Source: a virus
Taxonomy: Duplodnaviria; Heunggongvirae; Uroviricota; Caudoviricetes
Length of the DNA stretch: 64,000 nt
IMG/VR virus record: IMGVR_UViG_3300035696_001272
Strand: one strand, 5' to 3'
The notes under the pieces were generated by a model. The model searched no databases and was not told the origin of the DNA. It saw only the letters and a program-made list of their open reading frames with translations. Below, one piece after another: positions 58,198 to 64,000 of this stretch (position 1 is the first letter of the stretch; the number at the start of each line of letters is the position of its first letter). The position numbers and the translations under genes were made by a program.

Positions 58198-61029
58198 ATG
58201 GCAAATATACCAGGCGCAACAAATGCCTTACCAGGAGTATTTACAAACGTAATAACACAGTCAAGTGGTGTTGCGATTCCTGGAGGTTCACGTGTTACAG
58301 CCATGATTGGCCAAGGTTCTACCAATGAGACCTTAGTTGCCCAGGCTTTAGGTGGTGGTCAAGACGGACTAAACCCAGAATACACAAGTAGCACAGGCTC
58401 TGACGGCAGACACTTTGCTACAGCAAATTTTCCCCTAGTTTCTAACCGTACTACTATATTCAAGAATGGTATTCCACTAGTTGGATTTGAATTAGGTCCA
58501 ATTACACCAACTACAACTTTTAGTGATATTTACGATTATCAACTCGATCCTACTACCGGACATATTTTGTTACAGTCTGCCCATCTACAAGATCAGGGCG
58601 GAACTTTTTATGTACCACTCAGCACCAACGTTGGTTTGGGTACTTTAAACAACCTGACACTAGAAGATCCAAATGCTCCACCAGAGACTTGGACCATTCG
58701 TTGTGTTGGCGTTCAAAGAAATGCCATGAACCAACCAATTGCCGGAACTGCAGATTTCCAAGCTTTCGGAACTGTCTCTGGCTCTCCACTAGATGCAAAT
58801 GGTAATCCAATTATCTGGATTGCAAATGGCGAGACCGTTACTAACGGAATTCTAAGCTTCAGCATTACCGAAACACAAGTAGGCGGTATGGCTGTTTCTC
58901 CATTCCGTCAAGGTGACGCATTTACTATCATCGTCGCTAGCGGCGTTCTAGTGCGTGGTGACTCTTTGACTACAAATGAGATTCCAGTAAACAACATCAA
59001 CTTGCCAACTGTTCTCACAGGAATTTCCGATGCAACCAATTTCTGCGGACCAGCAAGTTTGACAAACAACTTGAGCTTAGGCGCTCAAATGTTCTTCGCA
59101 AACGGAGCTTCTTCCTTGCTCGCTCTACAAGCGGCCCCACCATTGCCAAGAAGAACATCTTATGTTTTGGATCCAAGCGTAAATGCTCTATCCACAAATC
59201 CAGATGACTTTACCTTCCCTTTCCCAATTGGTGTTGTTCCAGATTTCAACTCTGACATCCATGTCTTCGTAACCAATCCAGCCACTCAAGTAGAAACTCA
59301 GGTACTACCTAACAAGTTTACCTATTACACCCTGAATACTGCTGGCCAGCCAACTACTCAAGAATTCGTCTTCAGTAACCTTCAGCCTCCAGCAGGATAC
59401 TCCTTCGATTATACTGTCGTCAACAGCTTCGAAACCGTGGTTAGCGAATTTGACGGTTACATTGGTAGACTACCAGCTTTCGGAACGACAGCAGTCTTCA
59501 ACTCACCAAGTGTTGAATTTGATTTAAGCTATGTCGGACAGTTACTAAAGGTTATCGACTCTAACAACAGAGCCAACGTTGGTATCTTCAACATCACTGG
59601 TGTTTCCAGCGGTCAATTGACTATCCAGACCATCACAACTGGTGAGCCTGGTGATCCAATTCCATATCCAACTCCAAGCGGCTTCCCCGATTTCGTTCAG
59701 GATCCTCTTCCACAAACATTTGAACTCATCTATGTCCCAACTGGTTTGCCAGTGGTGGGCGGATCTGGTACAGATGGTACATTGGTTGGTTTCACAAACA
59801 CCGCACAAGCTACGCTACACAGCACCGCTGTTAACTTCAGTACCTTCCCTAACTTGATAGCAGATTACAGACTGCAAATCAATGGATCAACTGTTGGAAA
59901 CAATGGTCTATACGATATCATTGGCTACAACTCTCTAACCAACACTTTGACAATACAAATGGCCTTTGTTAGCGAGAGCGGTCTGAGATATGAAGTCCTA
60001 GATCCAGATCTCACCAGCACTTACTTGGTTTTGAACCACAACGTTGTTCCAAACGGCAACCAACTTAGAGTTACTATCGTTGACGCCAGAGACGCAGCTT
60101 TCTATGATGCTGGCTGGGTCAATGCTCTCGAAGTTCTAACAACTGTCGAATGCGATATCTTGGTTCCACTACCAAATCAAACCATCACAGTTATTTTCCA
60201 GAACTGCTTGAGTCATTGTATCACAATGAGCAATATTGCGAACAGAAAAGAAAGAGTGTTGTTCATCGGAGCTATCCAAGGTTTGACACCAGCCAACTTG
60301 ACTGGCGCACAACTGGCCGCAGTTGAAGATTTGGGTATCCTGGAAGGAATTCCTAACAACGATATTACTAGCACTTTGGCTGGTAACATCCAGGACATTG
60401 CTAACTACTCTGTACCAGATGCTTATGGCGAGACATTCAGAGCCGTTTATTTCTATCCTGACCAGATCGTGGTACAGGCTGGCAGTGAAAACGTGCTCAT
60501 CGATGGATTCTATATCGCAGCTGCTGCCGCAGGTTATGCTAACGCGGACCTCAACTTGGCAAATCCATTCACCAACAAGGTGTTCAGCGGATTTACCATC
60601 CTCAGAAACAAGACCTTCTCTACTATGGTCTTGGAGCAATTGGCTCAAGCAGGCGTCACTACTCTACAACCAGTCGCTGGTGGTGGAAGAGTGGTCTGGG
60701 GTATTACCACTTCACAAAGTGGATTCCCAGAGGAACAAGAAATCTCTATCGTCTTCATCAGAGACAGAGTTGCTAAGGTATTGCGTTCTGGATTCGCAGG
60801 CTTCATTGGAACTCCACAAACCGCCAATACACCAATCGCTTTGAATACAGAAGCTGTGCTCTTGCTCAACTCTCTAGTTACCCAAGGATTGATTGCTGGT
60901 TACAAGGGATTGACAGTAACACAAGATCAAGTAGACCCACGTCAATTCGATATTGCTGTTAGTGTTCAGCCAATTTATCCACTCAACTGGATCTATATCG
61001 TAGTGAATGTTGGTAATTTGGGAATATGA
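58198..61029 (+). CDS. contractile tail sheath protein with large insertions
   Basis: PGVFT N-terminus; C-terminal VWGITT...EISIVFIRDRV...VQPIYPLNWIYI. Confidence 0.88.
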   Translation: MANIPGATNALPGVFTNVITQSSGVAIPGGSRVTAMIGQGSTNETLVAQALGGGQDGLNPEYTSSTGSDGRHFATANFPLVSNRTTIFKNGIPLVGFELGPITPTTTFSDIYDYQLDPTTGHILLQSAHLQDQGGTFYVPLSTNVGLGTLNNLTLEDPNAPPETWTIRCVGVQRNAMNQPIAGTADFQAFGTVSGSPLDANGNPIIWIANGETVTNGILSFSITETQVGGMAVSPFRQGDAFTIIVASGVLVRGDSLTTNEIPVNNINLPTVLTGISDATNFCGPASLTNNLSLGAQMFFANGASSLLALQAAPPLPRRTSYVLDPSVNALSTNPDDFTFPFPIGVVPDFNSDIHVFVTNPATQVETQVLPNKFTYYTLNTAGQPTTQEFVFSNLQPPAGYSFDYTVVNSFETVVSEFDGYIGRLPAFGTTAVFNSPSVEFDLSYVGQLLKVIDSNNRANVGIFNITGVSSGQLTIQTITTGEPGDPIPYPTPSGFPDFVQDPLPQTFELIYVPTGLPVVGGSGTDGTLVGFTNTAQATLHSTAVNFSTFPNLIADYRLQINGSTVGNNGLYDIIGYNSLTNTLTIQMAFVSESGLRYEVLDPDLTSTYLVLNHNVVPNGNQLRVTIVDARDAAFYDAGWVNALEVLTTVECDILVPLPNQTITVIFQNCLSHCITMSNIANRKERVLFIGAIQGLTPANLTGAQLAAVEDLGILEGIPNNDITSTLAGNIQDIANYSVPDAYGETFRAVYFYPDQIVVQAGSENVLIDGFYIAAAAAGYANADLNLANPFTNKVFSGFTILRNKTFSTMVLEQLAQAGVTTLQPVAGGGRVVWGITTSQSGFPEEQEISIVFIRDRVAKVLRSGFAGFIGTPQTANTPIALNTEAVLLLNSLVTQGLIAGYKGLTVTQDQVDPRQFDIAVSVQPIYPLNWIYIVVNVGNLGI

Positions 61030-61060
61030 AAGATATATACCCTTTAGGGAGTAATAACTT

Positions 61061-61774
61061 ATGACTTCGAGTTCAACTTATCCACAAACAGGTTCAACCT
61101 TATACGTACCAGGCGGAAGTACTACAGTTGGTGCAATTAACGTAACTGCTACATCAATTGCTACTAACATATTGATTACAGTTAGAAATCCAAATGCTCC
61201 AGGTGGTTATGTACCAGTAGGTGCAGTTCAGTCGATGGCTATTTCCGAAAGACGTCCACTTAAGATGATTGATGAAGTTGGAACAGATGGTCATATTGAC
61301 TCTACTCCAAATCAATCTACAAACATCACTGGAACTTGCCAGAGAGTAAGATTCGATCAATTAAGAGTTGCTGAAGCTTTTGATAGAAGCTTTTTGCATG
61401 CATCAGCTCAAGTTTATCCTTTTGATATTATCATTTTCGATAAACAAAAATTTGTTACAGGTAGCCAAATTCAAACGGTTATTAAGAACGTTTGGATCTC
61501 TGGTATTGATTATACTTACCAAGTTACTGACTGGGTTATCACAGACAGCATGACCTGGGAAGCAGAAACAATCTTTAGCATGACCCTTGGTGGCAACCCA
61601 GCTGCTCAAGGTGGATACAACCAGATTCAGTCCTTCCAGCAAGGCAATCCAGCTTGGATTGAAGTTGCAACTGATATGGGTCTCAATGGTAGAAGAGGTT
61701 CTTTGGATGCTGCCGGACTTATCGATATTGGTTCTGCCAACTACGGTACTGTCAATACAACCAACATCTTCTAA
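61061..61774 (+). CDS. tail tube protein
   Basis: Follows sheath; VGAVQS...IDEVGTDG...PFDIII...KNVWI. Confidence 0.8.
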   Translation: MTSSSTYPQTGSTLYVPGGSTTVGAINVTATSIATNILITVRNPNAPGGYVPVGAVQSMAISERRPLKMIDEVGTDGHIDSTPNQSTNITGTCQRVRFDQLRVAEAFDRSFLHASAQVYPFDIIIFDKQKFVTGSQIQTVIKNVWISGIDYTYQVTDWVITDSMTWEAETIFSMTLGGNPAAQGGYNQIQSFQQGNPAWIEVATDMGLNGRRGSLDAAGLIDIGSANYGTVNTTNIF

Positions 61775-61805
61775 TTCAATAGAATAACATCCATAAATAG
61801 TTCTT

Positions 61806-61850
61806 AAAGTACCCTGTAATGATATATAATCTTTGCAGGGTATTTATTTT
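61806..61850 (+). terminator. inverted repeat (possible terminator) with GATATA motif in its loop
   Basis: AGTACCCTGTAA-TGATATATAATCT-TTGCAGGGTATT followed by TATTTT. Confidence 0.55.
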
Positions 61851-61863
61851 GTGGAGTTAAACA

Positions 61864-62526
61864 ATGCCAAAATTTGAAAGTCCATTAGGTAGTAGAGAGT
61901 TTCGTAATCCAGGAATGAGAGAGATCAATGTTCCTGATGAAAGTGGACAAGCACCTTTACCAGCACGTCCTCATCAATCACCACCTGTTCTTGACCAGGC
62001 AGCATTCCAAGAGTTTCAATCTCGTATGCAACCACCTCCTCCTCAAATGAGAGAGATGTCGCCAGCAGAACAAGATATTCTAGCAGCTAAAAGAGCTAGA
62101 AGAGAAGGTAAAGAAAGATTGACAGATGGTGCCAAGCGTCGTATTGAGATGCTAATTGGTATGACCAGATCAAGCAAGGATTTAGATATTGCTGGACAAC
62201 ATTATAGATTGCAGACACTAACATCACAGGAATTACGTGATGCTATTACTGGAGCAGCCGAATATGATGGTACTGTTCAGTTTATTTTTGAAACTAGAAA
62301 ACAACTACTGGCTCGTTCACTTGTAATAGTGGCTGGAGTGGAAGTTGATCAGTTCTTAAATTCTACTGAAATGGAAGCTCGTTTAGAGTTCATCGAGTTG
62401 ATGGATCACGCCCTATTACAAAGATTATACAATGAATATGTAGCCTTGGCACAGGAAGCTCAGGATAAATACGCTATGAAGACTGAGGCCCAGGTTAAGG
62501 AGGTACTGGAAGATCTAAAAAAATAA
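61864..62526 (+). CDS. tail assembly chaperone (gpG-like)
   Basis: Between tube and tape measure; ends CTA AAA AAA TAA on a slippery heptamer. Confidence 0.75.
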   Translation: MPKFESPLGSREFRNPGMREINVPDESGQAPLPARPHQSPPVLDQAAFQEFQSRMQPPPPQMREMSPAEQDILAAKRARREGKERLTDGAKRRIEMLIGMTRSSKDLDIAGQHYRLQTLTSQELRDAITGAAEYDGTVQFIFETRKQLLARSLVIVAGVEVDQFLNSTEMEARLEFIELMDHALLQRLYNEYVALAQEAQDKYAMKTEAQVKEVLEDLKK

Positions 62527-62873
62527 TAAATGAACCGGAACACCGTTTCATTTGGCATTTGTGTAAGATGTACCAGAAATTGCCAATTGATCCATTTATT
62601 ACTGAAATGGATCCGGTTCTAAAGATGTGGCTGTATGAACAATGGCTAGGCGATCATCGAGATGATGCAGAACTAGCTAAAAATCACGCATATCTATTAG
62701 GCTCCTTCTTTAACTCTGAAGCGGTACAACAACTACTAAATGATAATGTTCACGAATCCTCCGATGAGGATTATGAAGAGTCTCTGAGAATGGTTAGAGA
62801 CACCAATCTCAAGCTACTACAAGCTGAGAAAGCCCCGAAAAGAAGAAAGCGTAAGGCAACCCTAAAGGAATGA
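62517..62873 (+). CDS. -1 frameshift extension of tail chaperone (gpT-like part of gpGT)
   Basis: The -1 frame is open from A AAA AAA (62517-62523) through ORF 62559..62873, which has only a TTG start and no RBS. Confidence 0.78.
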   Translation, partial: KKIINEPEHRFIWHLCKMYQKLPIDPFITEMDPVLKMWLYEQWLGDHRDDAELAKNHAYLLGSFFNSEAVQQLLNDNVHESSDEDYEESLRMVRDTNLKLLQAEKAPKRRKRKATLKE

Positions 62874-62876
62874 TAA

Positions 62877-64000
62877 ATGGCCAACGGAACTGACCCAACG
62901 ACAACAGCAACTACCGACATAGTGACGCCTAGTGCTGATGATCAGCAACAGTGGCAACAGTTTAATACACTTATCGATAGTACTGGCACCAGCCTAACCA
63001 ATGTCGGTAATATTGGCCATACAATCACCAACGTTTTCAATAGCCTTGGTGGCCAAATATCAACCTTAGGTAATTCATTCAATTCGCTAAGTGGTATGAC
63101 AGACGATACCGCTGCTAAATTTGGTTTGATTACAACATCTGTTATTGGTGCCACAGAAGCATTCAAAAATCTGGCTGGTGTAGATACCACTCGTCTAGTT
63201 ACTTTCAAAGGCCAACTGAAAGACCTTCTTGACATCGTTAGAGAAGGTCCCGGAACTCAATTAGCAGCTAGAGCCATCTCTGACATAATTGGCGAAATGA
63301 CATCCCTAGGCGCATCATCGGATATAACCAAAAAAGCCTTTGCAGAACTTAAGACTGGTGTTACAACAATGGCCGCAGCATTTCTAAACAGCGCCGATAA
63401 CATTGTTAGACTTCAAAATTCTTTCATGCAAATGACCATTCAAGGAAGTGGTTCAAATGCCCTCTTTAGAAACATCTCTGAAACCATTAAGGGAGTAGGA
63501 ACAGATTTCAACAATATAAACGATGTTACATCACGTTACACCGCAGTTTTGAACAATGCTACTAGGGCTTTAGGTGGCAATCAAGAATTAGCATCACAGT
63601 ACATGGCAGAAATCAATAGAATGCCTGGTGGTCTAAAAGCACTACTGACACAAACGGAACTGGCTGGCAACAAAACTGATCTCCTGACTGCTAGCATGCA
63701 TTATGCTGTAGGGGCTGGCCGAGATCAAAAATCTGTCTTCGATGACATGAACAAGGCCATGACAGAATATAGTTTGACTGGTGGTGACGCCCTTAGGTTC
63801 TCTGCCAGAATGACTGAAGTAGCTGATACGTTAGGCGCTCAAGTTAGAGATGTGCAGGGTGCTTTGACAGAATCAGCTGACGCTTTTAAGATGTTTGTTT
63901 CTGATGGCGCTAACGCTGCCAACATGACGCAGGGCATGGCCGATGCGATGAGAAACTATGTTGGTGAACTAACTTCAGTTGGTATTCCGGCACAAAATGC
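62877..64000 (+). CDS. tape measure protein (3'-truncated by window end)
   Basis: ATG 62877 after AAGGA; Ala/Gly/Thr-rich helical sequence that appears open to the window end; follows the chaperone pair. Confidence 0.75.
   Translation, partial: MANGTDPTTTATTDIVTPSADDQQQWQQFNTLIDSTGTSLTNVGNIGHTITNVFNSLGGQISTLGNSFNSLSGMTDDTAAKFGLITTSVIGATEAFKNLAGVDTTRLVTFKGQLKDLLDIVREGPGTQLAARAISDIIGEMTSLGASSDITKKAFAELKTGVTTMAAAFLNSADNIVRLQNSFMQMTIQGSGSNALFRNISETIKGVGTDFNNINDVTSRYTAVLNNATRALGGNQELASQYMAEINRMPGGLKALLTQTELAGNKTDLLTASMHYAVGAGRDQKSVFDDMNKAMTEYSLTGGDALRFSARMTEVADTLGAQVRDVQGALTESADAFKMFVSDGANAANMTQGMADAMRNYVGELTSVGIPAQN

Noticed and set aside
127-63235. Many short antisense or alternate-frame ORFs in the track (e.g. 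14041..14652, 31300..31851, 54541..55110, 60323..60844)
   Set aside because: They lie within long genes with clear motifs, lack RBS or promoter motifs, and are explained by codon bias of the sense gene
1-64000. Stop-codon reassignment as seen in some large phages
   Set aside because: Standard code gives long intact ORFs with dense packing
58198-64000. Bacterial contractile injection system or tailocin
   Set aside because: Terminase, portal, protease and capsid genes are present, so this is a complete phage morphogenesis region

Overview
This window is the virion-morphogenesis region of a large (jumbo-type) contractile-tailed dsDNA phage, about 40% GC, with almost all genes on the + strand. 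Recognisable order: terminase large subunit (3095), portal (5043), a block of likely internal-head/ejection proteins including a lytic transglycosylase and a Cys-based phosphatase, a 1243-aa prohead protease-scaffold (12251), two paralogous head-decoration proteins, major capsid protein (25619), an HNH gene, a RelA/SpoT-like protein and a CCA-adding enzyme, mosaic fibre/decoration proteins, patatin, cold-shock protein, neck proteins, a 2H phosphoesterase, a 1972-aa virion protein, tail sheath, tail tube, a frameshifted tail chaperone pair and the start of the tape measure. Most interesting signals: (1) a DGY tripeptide occurs 21 times in outer-virion proteins and not at all in the first 24.5 kb; (2) inner-head proteins and several enzymes share hydrophobic-x-K-x-A and D-x-N-D-A motifs plus a helical-hairpin tag, suggesting a tag-and-cleave system for packaging enzyme cargo; (3) two phage promoter-like motifs (ATA-N6-CAT and GATATA) are often placed to give leaderless mRNAs; (4) an antisense tail-tube paralog lacks the stacking loop; (5) there is a structured leader before the capsid gene. 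I saw no tRNA, rRNA or CRISPR array. All calls come from reading motifs by eye; no searches were run.
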